From a virus: a stretch of 64,000 nt of DNA. Positions 47,029 to 57,501 of this stretch are shown in pieces (the first letter of the stretch is position 1; each line of letters begins with the position of its first letter). Below the pieces are notes generated by a model. It was not told the DNA's origin and ran no database searches. It saw only the letters and a program-made list of their open reading frames with translations. Location of the stretch: the IMG/VR virus record IMGVR_UViG_3300025000_000067, positions 38,132 through 102,131 of that record. One strand, written 5' to 3'. Position numbers and translations under genes: made by a program.

Positions 47029-47763
47029 GTGCAAACTCCTGTATTAAATGTTGTTAAGCTTGAGGAGATGCTTGATCGTAGGGGCAGACCTGTTAGGTGG
47101 CAAGAAACTATTATATGCTCCTGCTGGAACCCTGATAGCGGTTCTCCGGATTATACGTGCCTAGCTTGCCATGGTAAAGGGCATGTGTACCAGACACCTA
47201 TAGAATCAAAAGCCTTAATTACGAGTATCACACTGAGTAAGGACTTTGAGGCCATGGCCGGGGTATTTGAAGTTGGGGATGCGGTAATGACCGTACCAAA
47301 AAGAATCCCTGTACGCCACCCACTAAATAGTATGCCTACAGGTCAATACACAAACAACCCAATCTTCGGTATTGGTATGTATGATAAGATCACACTTCTT
47401 GATGATGAGTTCAAGTCTTCTGAAGTTCTGGTCAGAGACACACCTATTAATGCTCGACCACCAGATACCCTGCTTAATACTGACATCACCCACGTTAAGT
47501 CCATACAAAAGTACAATCCTATGACAGGTGGAGTAGTGATCTATAGACCTGGGATAGACTTTGAAATGGCAGGAAATGTCGTACTATGGCTTGAAGATGG
47601 GCTGTCACCTGAAGTAGGGGAGCAGTATAGCGCTGCATATTACCATAGGCCAACATACGTAGTTACAGCAACGCTACCGAAGCCTAGACATCAAGATGGT
47701 CAGGACTTTCCGCGCTATGTAGCCCTGCGCTACTTGTCTGGAGGAGTTGAGCGCATTGTATGA
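47029..47763 (+). CDS. head closure/neck protein
   Basis: CSC...C..C.G.G pattern; position. Confidence 0.65.
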   Translation: MQTPVLNVVKLEEMLDRRGRPVRWQETIICSCWNPDSGSPDYTCLACHGKGHVYQTPIESKALITSITLSKDFEAMAGVFEVGDAVMTVPKRIPVRHPLNSMPTGQYTNNPIFGIGMYDKITLLDDEFKSSEVLVRDTPINARPPDTLLNTDITHVKSIQKYNPMTGGVVIYRPGIDFEMAGNVVLWLEDGLSPEVGEQYSAAYYHRPTYVVTATLPKPRHQDGQDFPRYVALRYLSGGVERIV

Positions 47764-48599
47764 GTTTGCTAACAATTGCAGCAGATGTTCCTAACCTAGA
47801 TAATGTGCTCAGATCCGTTGAAAAGGCAGGACAGGGGAACCTCCCGTATACTTCTGAAGCTGTGCGTGCAGCTCTTACAGATGTTATACAGAGAACTTGG
47901 GTTGAGTATGCGTCTGGTGTTACAGTGACCTACTCAGGGGGAACGTTCCACATTAGCGTTGTTTCGGGGGAATACACCCGCAGTATTCAAGAAGGTCTTA
48001 AGATGCTGGGGAATCTTACAGGTGAAGTTATGACGACCTCAGGACATGGAAGACTCATTGAAGATGGCATAAAACCCTACAACCAAAAAGACGGACTCCT
48101 ATCATCACCAAAAGCTAAGGTTGGAAAAGGTGGCTCTCGATACATCACAGTACCCTTTAGGCATGGAACACCGGGGACAGTTACGATGGCAGCGATGCCT
48201 AAGCACGTACACGACCAAGCAAAGACACTTGGGTTCAGTCGCAAGAATAACTTCTTAACTGCCTTAGTTACCGGACGAAAGTATGCATGGGGTGGTCACC
48301 TGCAGGAGACGTCTGATGGGCAAAGAAGTCACGTAAGCCCGCACCCAGGCAAGGGGTACACATGGAAAACCGGGCTATTTAGTGGCATGGTGAAAATGGG
48401 TAAGCCAAACCATTCTCAATATATGACCTTCCGAAGAGTATCGACTAACTCAGATCCTGCATCTTGGCAATTCCCTGGGGTTAAGCCTAGGCCAATACGT
48501 GAAGCAGTTGTGGAAAATACACGAGAGGAAGTCTTACAGCTTATTCGGAGTGGCTTTGAGATGGACCTGTACTTTATGGGCTTAGGGGGTGGTCAATAG
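47760..48599 (+). CDS. neck/tail completion protein
   Basis: YITVPFRHGTP, YMTFRRVS..S.P.SW..PG; position. Confidence 0.6.
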   Translation: MSLLTIAADVPNLDNVLRSVEKAGQGNLPYTSEAVRAALTDVIQRTWVEYASGVTVTYSGGTFHISVVSGEYTRSIQEGLKMLGNLTGEVMTTSGHGRLIEDGIKPYNQKDGLLSSPKAKVGKGGSRYITVPFRHGTPGTVTMAAMPKHVHDQAKTLGFSRKNNFLTALVTGRKYAWGGHLQETSDGQRSHVSPHPGKGYTWKTGLFSGMVKMGKPNHSQYMTFRRVSTNSDPASWQFPGVKPRPIREAVVENTREEVLQLIRSGFEMDLYFMGLGGGQ

Positions 48600-49153
48600 T
48601 GGGCTTTACTTTTGCTACAGTTGATGTGAAACAGGAACTTGTTGATGGCCTAAAAGCAGGTCTTGTAGGCTTAGGTTACACAGGTAAGAACACAATTAAT
48701 GTACTAAAAGCTGACCCGCAAAAGCCCACTGAGTTACCATGCGTAGGAATTAACCGTGCTGATGACTCAGAAAGTTCACAATCGATATCTGATGGACAGG
48801 GCACTTCATATGATCCAATTACAAAAGTGAACACAACATTCTATGGCACCTTCTTTGCAGAAGCCCAAGAAATTCGTATATGGCACACAAACGCTGATGA
48901 GCGGGAGAAGCTATACCTAGCAACGAAGGCTATACTCTTTAGTATGAGAAATTACTTAGCTGAAAAAGGGCTCATAAACTTTAATCTGCGTAGCGGTAGG
49001 GATGAGCAGGACAGTACGATGGCACAGGCCCCTATGGTGATGTACTGGGCATCAATAACCATGAGTTACTTAAATCCACTTGATGTGTCCTTTACAGAAG
49101 TCGTAGAGCCTATTACTAGCGTAGACGATCAAGGAACTTTAGGTATTTATTAA
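48599..49153 (+). CDS. putative tail terminator
   Basis: position before sheath. Confidence 0.55.
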   Translation: MGFTFATVDVKQELVDGLKAGLVGLGYTGKNTINVLKADPQKPTELPCVGINRADDSESSQSISDGQGTSYDPITKVNTTFYGTFFAEAQEIRIWHTNADEREKLYLATKAILFSMRNYLAEKGLINFNLRSGRDEQDSTMAQAPMVMYWASITMSYLNPLDVSFTEVVEPITSVDDQGTLGIY

Positions 49154-49173
49154 CGGGAAAGGGGGAGATAACT

Positions 49174-49389
49174 ATGCCTGATAAAAAGAAAACACCTTCA
49201 GAAGAAGAAGATGTGGCGTACCCAGCAGAATTAGCCCGTCAAATGACCTTAGCTGAATTTATCACTGAGTTAAGGCCACATAGGGGGCTAGTGGCTAGTT
49301 TTAAGGTTGAAGAAAAGGACCTCAGCCCTAGGAGTCAAGTAGCGTGGGCAGAGGCCTTTAAAGCTCAATCTGAACGCGTCTATAAATAG
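49174..49389 (+). CDS. hypothetical protein
   Basis: SD. Confidence 0.6.
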   Translation: MPDKKKTPSEEEDVAYPAELARQMTLAEFITELRPHRGLVASFKVEEKDLSPRSQVAWAEAFKAQSERVYK

Positions 49390-49407
49390 TAGGGGAGGTA
49401 TGGAAGG

Positions 49408-50832
49408 ATGGCAATTAACATCTCCTTTGGAGGAGCTAATATTAAACGACCAGGAGCCTACTCAACGGTAGATACTGCAAGTATGTCCCCTGCATCGGCT
49501 GGGGGATTTAAGGTCTTGGCTTGTATTGGTATTGTGCCTGGGCTAGCAGCGCAGGTAGAGACAACTACAGTCGTCGGCACTATAACTACAGCTGGAAATG
49601 TTACCGTGGTAGTTACAGCCTTAGGAATGACAAATTCACCAAAAACAATCTCAGTTGCAGTTGCCTTAGCTGATGATGCTTCTGCAGTTGCAACTAAAAT
49701 CAGGGCATCGTTATCCGCGGACACGAATATTGCTGGGTTCTTCACTGTAGGGGGCACTGGTGCAGTGGTTACACTAACTGCAAAAGTCACGGCCTTGAAC
49801 GATGATTCACTGAATATTAGTGTAGCCAATGGGACGAGTGTTGGACTGACAAGTGCACTTACTTCGACTACAGCAACCCCGGGAGGGACGAGCGGAACTC
49901 CTGTAGGAACAGTATCTTACTTTAATGATCCTACAGTAGCAGGAACTATGATAGCATCCTGTGAACTTCTGGATCTTATGAAGCTTAGCTGGGGTCATGG
50001 TGCTGACTTGATTGCAGTATCTCCCGTGGCTTCTATAGGAGCTGATTCTGACTGGCAAGCTGCTATAGACCTTCTAACCGTTGAGAGCGTTGATGGGATT
50101 ATGATAGCCAGTACAGCACAGGCTATCCAAGTCAAAGTTGACACGCACTGTACCCTGATGTCCTCGATTAAGAACCGCAGAGAGCGCCGAGCTTTTTATG
50201 GGCATGCCACTGGATTATCGGTATCCGCAGTTATTGCATTACAGAGCGCCATAAACAGTGAGTTGGCTCTGATGGCTACCCCGGGCATGTATGTCTTTGA
50301 TGATGTAGGTAACAAAGTTTTGAAGCCGTCGAACTACCTTGCAGCAGCGTATGCCGGTCTATGGGCTGGAAGATCCTCTCAAGATCCGATTACCTATAAG
50401 TACGTTAAGTGTGTAGGGTTAGAGAAGGTATATGACGGGGTAGAGATCGAGACTCTGCTCACTGGACATATATCACCTACTGAGTATGTCCGAAATAAAG
50501 GCTACCGAGTCGTGCAAGGAGTCACTTGCTCTGCTAGTTCTGACCTTACTCAGCAGGAGCTTTCAGTATCCTCAATAAAGGTAGAAATTAGTCAAACGAT
50601 CAGAGGCTATCTTGAGGATAAGTATGTAGGTAGAGCTGGTGTCTATGGCATCGAAGTATCTATATACAATGACCTAGTTTCTATTTTAGAGGGGTTCAAA
50701 AGCACTGGGTTAATTTCTGGCTACGCCAAGCAAAAAGTCACTAAAGCCGGTACTTCATTTATTATTGATTGGGAAGGTATTCCGACACTTCCAATTAATA
50801 ACTTTCTGATAACCACGCACCTAAGACTCTAG
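49408..50832 (+). CDS. tail sheath protein
   Basis: N-terminal KRPGAY; sheath-like C-terminus; precedes tube gene. Confidence 0.85.
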   Translation: MAINISFGGANIKRPGAYSTVDTASMSPASAGGFKVLACIGIVPGLAAQVETTTVVGTITTAGNVTVVVTALGMTNSPKTISVAVALADDASAVATKIRASLSADTNIAGFFTVGGTGAVVTLTAKVTALNDDSLNISVANGTSVGLTSALTSTTATPGGTSGTPVGTVSYFNDPTVAGTMIASCELLDLMKLSWGHGADLIAVSPVASIGADSDWQAAIDLLTVESVDGIMIASTAQAIQVKVDTHCTLMSSIKNRRERRAFYGHATGLSVSAVIALQSAINSELALMATPGMYVFDDVGNKVLKPSNYLAAAYAGLWAGRSSQDPITYKYVKCVGLEKVYDGVEIETLLTGHISPTEYVRNKGYRVVQGVTCSASSDLTQQELSVSSIKVEISQTIRGYLEDKYVGRAGVYGIEVSIYNDLVSILEGFKSTGLISGYAKQKVTKAGTSFIIDWEGIPTLPINNFLITTHLRL

Positions 50833-50871
50833 AACTTCAAAATTCTAAAATAGTGGGGAGGGGTATAGCCT

Positions 50872-51408
50872 ATGTCTACTCTAGGACCTTCGGGTACACA
50901 AACTGTTCATTCTGGTAATACAATTAAGCTAAAAATTAATGGTGCTGTAGTTGGCCGAGCACAATCTGTCGATGGCCGTAGGTCATTTGGTCAGCAGGCT
51001 CAATATGAGCTAGGATCTATTATGCCTAAAGAGCATGTAGCCCTCCGTTACGAGGGTACAGTAACCGTAGATAAATTCATGGTGCGTAAAAAGTCACTTA
51101 AGGATCTTGGATTAGCTGCATTAGGTATCGGTATTCTTAACTTAGGAGTTATTGATATCGAAGTTACTGATAAGTATACTAATGATATCATCATCGTTTA
51201 CCGCAACTGCTCTCTTCAGGATTGCAGTGAAAACTTTCGTGTTAATGCTATAGCTGGTCAGAATGCTACATGGCAGTACCTTTCCTCTGACAATGGTGTA
51301 GTTGAAGTTACATCGCCTGATGCAGCTGCTCAAGCTATTATAAGCGCAGCTGCAGAATCAGCAGCTCAAGCTATTACAGATTCTAATGCTATCAATGATG
51401 TATTCTAA
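50872..51408 (+). CDS. tail tube protein
   Basis: QTVHSGNTI...VGRAQS...FG...YELGSIMP.EHV.LRYEG (K/SPO1-type tube). Confidence 0.85.
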   Translation: MSTLGPSGTQTVHSGNTIKLKINGAVVGRAQSVDGRRSFGQQAQYELGSIMPKEHVALRYEGTVTVDKFMVRKKSLKDLGLAALGIGILNLGVIDIEVTDKYTNDIIIVYRNCSLQDCSENFRVNAIAGQNATWQYLSSDNGVVEVTSPDAAAQAIISAAAESAAQAITDSNAINDVF

Positions 51409-51517
51409 AACACTCGCATATTAACTTCCGAAGTATATAGAATAACCCCTACCAAAAAGGTGGGGGTTATTCTATAATAAGGCAATAAGCTAGTACTAAT
51501 AAAAAGGGGTTGGCAAA

Positions 51518-51958
51518 GTGTCTAATAATGAGGAAAATAGAGCACTAGTAGCAGATCTTATGGCTAAAGCTGAGCAGGTTAAACTTGGGGGAGAACTAAA
51601 AGCTGGAGTGTATATTGACCACACAACGGTCTTCGGAACGGAACTTAAAGGTAGTGTAGTATTTAAACGCCCTACTATGCTCGACTATGTAAAAATAGGT
51701 GCTATTAAATCCGAGTATCTGCGGAGTTCAGGGGTTGTTAACGCTAATTTAGTCGATAATAGCGTTAAGTTTATAGCCCAGGTCATGGCCACTCTACAAG
51801 TTGTTATTGTGAAGTCCCCAGAATGGCTCATTAAATTAGACAGCGTGCAAGAGCCTGACATCCTCTACCACGTTTATGAGAAATATGAGGAATGGGAAAA
51901 CTCCTTTCGAAAGGTCCTTGAAAAACCAGTACCTGAGCATAGCGAAACTCCCGAATGA
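51518..51958 (+). CDS. tail assembly chaperone
   Basis: between tube and tape measure genes. Confidence 0.7.
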   Translation: MSNNEENRALVADLMAKAEQVKLGGELKAGVYIDHTTVFGTELKGSVVFKRPTMLDYVKIGAIKSEYLRSSGVVNANLVDNSVKFIAQVMATLQVVIVKSPEWLIKLDSVQEPDILYHVYEKYEEWENSFRKVLEKPVPEHSETPE

Positions 51959-52265
51959 ACGGAAAATTTGGATTCTTAGGAGATTTTATGCTGGAGGTAC
52001 AGGATGCTTACCTCCCACAGACCCTAGAATCTTAGCTATGACACCAGAAATGGTAGAGCTAGAGTTCGCCCATATAGCTATTGATCGAAAGCTTAAAGAT
52101 GGTGATACTGAGCAGTATGAAGATCCAGACTTCGATGCTTATGAAAAAGAATCCGAGGAATTGGATAATAGGTTATCTGACGATTATATTCCAGACTATA
52201 TTTCGCAGGTACTGCCTAAAATCTCAGAAGACGATGCCTCGTGGGAAGACATTAGTGATGATTAG
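51905..52265 (+). CDS. tail assembly chaperone extension (+1 frame)
   Basis: overlapping ORF without a good SD; TCC TTT CGA at 51902-51910. Confidence 0.6.
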
Positions 52266-52323
52266 ACTCTTATGAAGTCCGATGGTTAAGAACATGACCG
52301 TCGGACTTTAAGCTAGGTAGGGG

Positions 52324-55300
52324 GTGGTAGGCATGAGCTCTACAGAACAGGCTGTACGTGTTACAGCACAAGGAGAATTTGGACAGCTGCAACGAGGGCT
52401 TAAAGACCTTCAAAGCGATCTTAAAAATGTTTTAGGCGAAGTGGATAAGGGTGCACGTAGGGGTGGGATGTTTGATGATACCCAGCTAAGGGCACTAGAT
52501 GTTTACAGAAGGCGCTTTAAAGAAACCCTAGCGGATCTAGACAAGGAATTTGAAAAACAAGCAGACTCAGTAGATGCTCTTAACGCGAAGATGAAAAAAG
52601 CTTACGCTTGGGAACGTGAAGAGCTTAAGGATCAGATAAAACAGCGTCGAGAGAATTTAGACGTTATTGATAGAACAAGGAGACAGCTTGAGCAGACGTA
52701 CCAAAGGCGTAATACAGAAGCTCAAAGCTACGGGAGCTCTAACCCTGCACCTAGTGGAAGATCTAGTGGATCAGATAGCGGATCAGATAGCGGATTTGCT
52801 ATGCTCGGGGCAGGTTCTGTCATATCAAGAACTTTGGGTGCTGTTAGTATTATCGGTAAATTTGCCTTAGGCTTAGCTGGCGTGGGTAGCCTACTTGGTA
52901 TGGCTACAGAAGCTTATCAGTTAGCACATACACGAGAGATAGGATCACTAGACTTAGCACAACGTCTTAGAGGTAATGGCTTTAGTGGCTCAAATACGAA
53001 AATGTATGACGATGTAGGAGCTATTGGGCGAAGCAGTGGTATGGGATACTCTCAAGCGGAGTCATGGCAGTTACAGGAGGCCTATACTTCAGAAGCTGGG
53101 GAGTTGGGGGCAAAAGGACAGGAAGCTCTTCAGAAGTTCTCTCGTGGCTATGGCTTAGATGCTACTACTGTGGGTAGTATGGCCGGAAATGCTAAACAAC
53201 TTGGTGGAGTATCTGGGCCTAAACAATTTGCTGATATGATTGCTACCTCTGTAGAAAAGTCAGGTATGACACCTCGCATTTTAGAGGTTATGAAGACAAG
53301 TAATACCCTCCTTCAGAATCTCAATACATCCTTTAAAGATGGAAGCACTTCGCAGATCATAGCATATCAGACAACCCTAGATAGACTAGGTAACGAAAAT
53401 GGTATGACAAGGCTCACAGGTGCTCAAGGTGCTAATGTTATAGGCGGACTGGGAGGAATATACCAACCGGACAACGATAAGTGGAAATGGATGGGTATAA
53501 CAGCCCTTCAGAAGTACAATCCAGACAAATATAGCAAAATGGGACTCTATGATCTGGAGTCATCGTTTGAAGATGGCATGCAGAATAAAGATAACATACC
53601 AGCTATGGCAAAGTACCTTAAAGAGACATCCGGTGGGGATAATGATAACTTTAAGCGCATGATGCAAGGTTGGCTTATGGACGGTGGATTTAAGGCCACA
53701 AAGAGTGAAGTAACAGAACTCGATAAAGTAACTGATGGGTTTACAGCTTTTGATCCAGACAAAATCGATAAGGTCTTAGGCACCGACTCTGGGGCAAAAT
53801 ACGACACCGAGAGAAAGGGTGAACTAGGGCAGCATATTATGGACGTTGATGCTGAATTTAGTAAAAACTTGGAAAAAATAGGACAGAAAATGCTACCTAT
53901 TGTTACACAAATGAAGTCTAGCATTAATGATCTATATGGATTAGTTGATGGATCAGCTAACTTTTCTGAAGTTTTTGGAAAGATAGTAAAATTATTTGAA
54001 GATACAGGTGTAGGAGCCTTTGTATCAACTCCAAAGGAACCTACAGATGGTACAGGGGGTACAGACTCAGGCTTAGGAACAGCAGCAGGCATAGTTATTG
54101 GTGGTGGAATAGCTGGGCGCTTAGGTGTTAAAGCCTATGAAAGGTTTAGAAGTGCAGACACAGAACTAATAGAAGAAGGTCCGACTAGAAGTAGGGCCGA
54201 ACAGTACCAAAGATTGCAAGACAGGGTTACATCTTCAGAAGGGGTTGGTGGCTCAGCTTCAGAAGGAGTGGGTACTAGGTTTGGGCGTTTTGTAAATAAG
54301 GTAAAGGGACTTGGCAAAGGTACTAATACCTTAAACAGTATACTTAGTGTCATACCTGCTGGTATAGCGGGTTATGAGGCTGAAAAAGAGAATCCAGATG
54401 CTCCTTTTATAGACAAATTAGGTAGCGCACTGGAAAAGCTACTCCCTTTTGACTGGAATAAGACTAATTTCTCAGCAGAGTCTATGGGTGACTCTGATAT
54501 GCTAAGTACTACGAGCACAAAGCCCGGAAGTCTAGCTAATTTGAGTAAAATGGGTGTTACAGATATCTTAGATCTTAGCACAAAAGGAAAATCATCTTTA
54601 GAGGACTTAAAAACTAGGGGTTTAATGTCCTATACATCCATTGAACAAATCACAGCAGCTAAATTCGATGAAATTAAACAGATTCACAAAAATTACTATG
54701 ATCTTTTAGGTATTAAAGACGGTGTAAGTAGCGGTGTTGGCCGTACAGCAGGGAATACGACGGAAGAAAAAGTGTGGAACATGTTAGCTGATAAGGGTCT
54801 TAAGCCCGGAGCTATTTCAGGTATCATGGGTAATATTAATGCTGAATCAAGTTTTGACCCAAAAGCTGTTAATCCTAGTAGTGGGGCTTATGGTGTTGGT
54901 CAATGGCTAGGTGGTCGCCTAGACAACTTAAAAACCTATGCAAAAGACTTAGGTAAAGATCCTAGTGACCTGCAGACGCAAATAGATTTCCTTTGGAAGG
55001 AATTTAATGGTGGCGACCCAACGACAGGCTCTATCCTAAATTCGCATGGTGGACTTAGTGCCTTTAATGAGATGAATGCTTCTGATGCATCTAGCACCTT
55101 TGAAAAATCTTTTGAACGCTCCGGTGGCGCTCTATTACAGGAACGTGCAAAATCAGCGAACGGCTATTTTAATAAGTATGGAAGCCTAGGGACTTCAGTA
55201 GGCTCTCCCACAGGTGGTGTTTTTAGGAATTGGCAGAGCAAGATAACATCAAAGTTCGGAGCTAACCGTGGTGACCATGAGCACTCAGGCTTAGACATTG

Positions 55301-55911
55301 ACGGAGAACAGGGTGATCCACTAAATGCTTTAGCGGGAGGTAGAGTTACAGGGCTTACTATAGACGATGGAAGTCAGTATGATAATGACGCTCAGGGCAA
55401 AGGGAAGAACACAAACATGGGTGGCACAGAAATGATGGTTACAATGCCGGATGGTAGTGCCTATTCCTATAGTCATATGTCTAAGATAAACCCAGGCATT
55501 TTTTCTAAGTGGTTTTCAGGTAATCATGATATAGCTGTTAACGCAGGAGATAATCTCGGGAGTATGGGAGGGGATATAGACGAGCCTGGGAGCGGATCTT
55601 CTACAACAGGGTCACACCTACACCTAGGGTACAGAGACGCTAATGGTGTCGCGCAAAATCCTGAAGACCTTCTGAACTCTCTCAATGCTGGTGATTCTAG
55701 CATTTTAGGTGGGAACAATGTGTCTAGTACAGGGCAGAGCACTAATGCACATATTACAGTAGATGTTAACCTCTCAGGGGATAAAGTTTCTCAACTTAAC
55801 AATATGACAGCAGAAACTCTTAAATCGCTTGTTCAGACGCTTGTTCAGCAAGGTATAGAAGCCTATAAGAGGCAACAGATGGCTATGAATCCTACAGTAG
55901 GGGGGTGGTAA
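52324..55911 (+). CDS. tape measure protein with tail lysozyme and M23 peptidase domains
   Basis: GIMGNINAES..GAYGVGQW; HSGLD...YSH...HLH; likely start ATG 52333. Confidence 0.85.
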   Translation: MVGMSSTEQAVRVTAQGEFGQLQRGLKDLQSDLKNVLGEVDKGARRGGMFDDTQLRALDVYRRRFKETLADLDKEFEKQADSVDALNAKMKKAYAWEREELKDQIKQRRENLDVIDRTRRQLEQTYQRRNTEAQSYGSSNPAPSGRSSGSDSGSDSGFAMLGAGSVISRTLGAVSIIGKFALGLAGVGSLLGMATEAYQLAHTREIGSLDLAQRLRGNGFSGSNTKMYDDVGAIGRSSGMGYSQAESWQLQEAYTSEAGELGAKGQEALQKFSRGYGLDATTVGSMAGNAKQLGGVSGPKQFADMIATSVEKSGMTPRILEVMKTSNTLLQNLNTSFKDGSTSQIIAYQTTLDRLGNENGMTRLTGAQGANVIGGLGGIYQPDNDKWKWMGITALQKYNPDKYSKMGLYDLESSFEDGMQNKDNIPAMAKYLKETSGGDNDNFKRMMQGWLMDGGFKATKSEVTELDKVTDGFTAFDPDKIDKVLGTDSGAKYDTERKGELGQHIMDVDAEFSKNLEKIGQKMLPIVTQMKSSINDLYGLVDGSANFSEVFGKIVKLFEDTGVGAFVSTPKEPTDGTGGTDSGLGTAAGIVIGGGIAGRLGVKAYERFRSADTELIEEGPTRSRAEQYQRLQDRVTSSEGVGGSASEGVGTRFGRFVNKVKGLGKGTNTLNSILSVIPAGIAGYEAEKENPDAPFIDKLGSALEKLLPFDWNKTNFSAESMGDSDMLSTTSTKPGSLANLSKMGVTDILDLSTKGKSSLEDLKTRGLMSYTSIEQITAAKFDEIKQIHKNYYDLLGIKDGVSSGVGRTAGNTTEEKVWNMLADKGLKPGAISGIMGNINAESSFDPKAVNPSSGAYGVGQWLGGRLDNLKTYAKDLGKDPSDLQTQIDFLWKEFNGGDPTTGSILNSHGGLSAFNEMNASDASSTFEKSFERSGGALLQERAKSANGYFNKYGSLGTSVGSPTGGVFRNWQSKITSKFGANRGDHEHSGLDIDGEQGDPLNALAGGRVTGLTIDDGSQYDNDAQGKGKNTNMGGTEMMVTMPDGSAYSYSHMSKINPGIFSKWFSGNHDIAVNAGDNLGSMGGDIDEPGSGSSTTGSHLHLGYRDANGVAQNPEDLLNSLNAGDSSILGGNNVSSTGQSTNAHITVDVNLSGDKVSQLNNMTAETLKSLVQTLVQQGIEAYKRQQMAMNPTVGGW

Positions 55912-57470
55912 CCAGTATGGCAACTGGTGTTACAAATAAGCCTGATGGTGGGTCATTCGCTAGGAACCATTCGCCTATTGCACAGGTATCTTTTCATACG
56001 GAAGACAAACTATATCAAGCTAGAGGGGTAATAGCTGGCACTAGTCACGATATAGATCCTACAAATCAACTGCTATCGATTACTACAAATAAGATGCTCA
56101 GTTCTCCGGCCGGCACTTTTTCTACATCTTTATCAGGTGACGATTGGTTTATGCCTAATGGCACCCCAAAACTTAGGCCCAATGATCTAGCTATTATTTA
56201 TATGGGGTACAGAGCACCAAGCAGCAGTGTACTATGGATCGATGGTACTAGTCATACATCTAGTGAAGACCTGAGCACTGTAATGATAGGTCTTATAGAT
56301 ACAGTTACGCGCACTAGGTCTGGGGGTGGTAATGGCATTCAACCACAGACCACTACCACAGTTACAGGTAGAGACTTCGGAAAGCTCCTCATTAAATCGA
56401 TGCTTAAGTTTTACCCAGAATTAAACTGGGATACGACTAAAGAGCAGCACTTTTTTCTGGCACAGACAGGATGGATAGCGCTCCTACGGGCGTTTACAGG
56501 TGCTGATGCTATCGTAGGAACACCGGCTAAAATACTGGATACTATTATGAGATCCGTTCTTAAAAAGCTAGTAGGAATAAGCTGGAAAGTGTATGATGAT
56601 AATATAACGGGGTCTACTGGTGGTGCTAAAACTGCAGAACTTGGGAGTATGCTACGCTATCGTTTTGCTGCAACAGACTTTAGTATACCATTCTACATGA
56701 CCGTGCAGCAGTATGAGGGCAGCGTCTGGAACTTAATGGAGAGAGTAAACCTAAGACCTTTCACAGAGCTATTTATTGATACAAGAGATCGTTGGGAAGT
56801 TGACTGGGGTGATGGACATGCTCAACAGCTTGTTACTGAGATATGTGAGGAATCCAGTGACATGGCTAAAGGTCAATTATCCGATGATAAAGGGAAGTGG
56901 GCTTACCCGGCCACTATGTTTGGTAAGAAAGACGGTGCTCAGGCAGTTGTTACCTTCAGAAATACACCCTTCACAAAAGATCTATGGGCTAAGCTTAGGT
57001 CACATGAGATACTAGAGGAGGATATTATTAGCGAAAGCCTATCTTATTCGGATAACGAAAACTACAATATCTTCTGGGCCGGTACAACACTAACACCCTT
57101 CGCGTCTACATTTGATCTAAAAAGAGTAAACCCACCTATGATCAATGAGGATAATGTTAAGCGATATGGCCTAAGTGCTTTAGAAGTCCAAATTGAGGGT
57201 CTTCAATTAACAGATGTTACTCAAACTATAGCTTTAACTACAATGGCAAAGAGTTTAAATCAAAAACTTAGGGATTGGTTTGAACATAATAATGAGTACC
57301 TGTCAGGAACACTGGTAATTAGGGGTAAGGGTGATCTAAAAATTGGACAGAAGCTTATACACAAATCCATAGGGATGGAATTTTATATAGAGGGTGTTTC
57401 ACAAAGCTACCAAGTGTATGGGGAGTGGCACACAACTGCTCAAGTAACTCGGGGGAGACTCATCACGTAG
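55905..57470 (+). CDS. baseplate hub protein
   Basis: position; TGRDFGK, FYIEGVSQ...TRG; likely start ATG 55917. Confidence 0.65.
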   Translation: MVTSMATGVTNKPDGGSFARNHSPIAQVSFHTEDKLYQARGVIAGTSHDIDPTNQLLSITTNKMLSSPAGTFSTSLSGDDWFMPNGTPKLRPNDLAIIYMGYRAPSSSVLWIDGTSHTSSEDLSTVMIGLIDTVTRTRSGGGNGIQPQTTTTVTGRDFGKLLIKSMLKFYPELNWDTTKEQHFFLAQTGWIALLRAFTGADAIVGTPAKILDTIMRSVLKKLVGISWKVYDDNITGSTGGAKTAELGSMLRYRFAATDFSIPFYMTVQQYEGSVWNLMERVNLRPFTELFIDTRDRWEVDWGDGHAQQLVTEICEESSDMAKGQLSDDKGKWAYPATMFGKKDGAQAVVTFRNTPFTKDLWAKLRSHEILEEDIISESLSYSDNENYNIFWAGTTLTPFASTFDLKRVNPPMINEDNVKRYGLSALEVQIEGLQLTDVTQTIALTTMAKSLNQKLRDWFEHNNEYLSGTLVIRGKGDLKIGQKLIHKSIGMEFYIEGVSQSYQVYGEWHTTAQVTRGRLIT

Positions 57471-57501
57471 GTACACCTTCGGAAGGGAATGGGGGTATTT
57501 T

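Noticed and set aside
51894-51900. GGGAAAA as a -1 slippery heptamer
   Set aside because: Not in X XXY YYZ register for the chaperone frame, and the downstream ORF is in the +1 frame.
21549-54581. Many minus-strand ORFs in the track (e.g. 21549-21995, 43594-44121, 53547-54092)
   Set aside because: They are shadows of well-supported plus-strand genes, with no SD or recognisable motifs.
54760-55680. Lysozyme and M23 domains as a lysis or toxin module
   Set aside because: They are C-terminal domains of the tape measure protein, a common feature of Firmicute phages.
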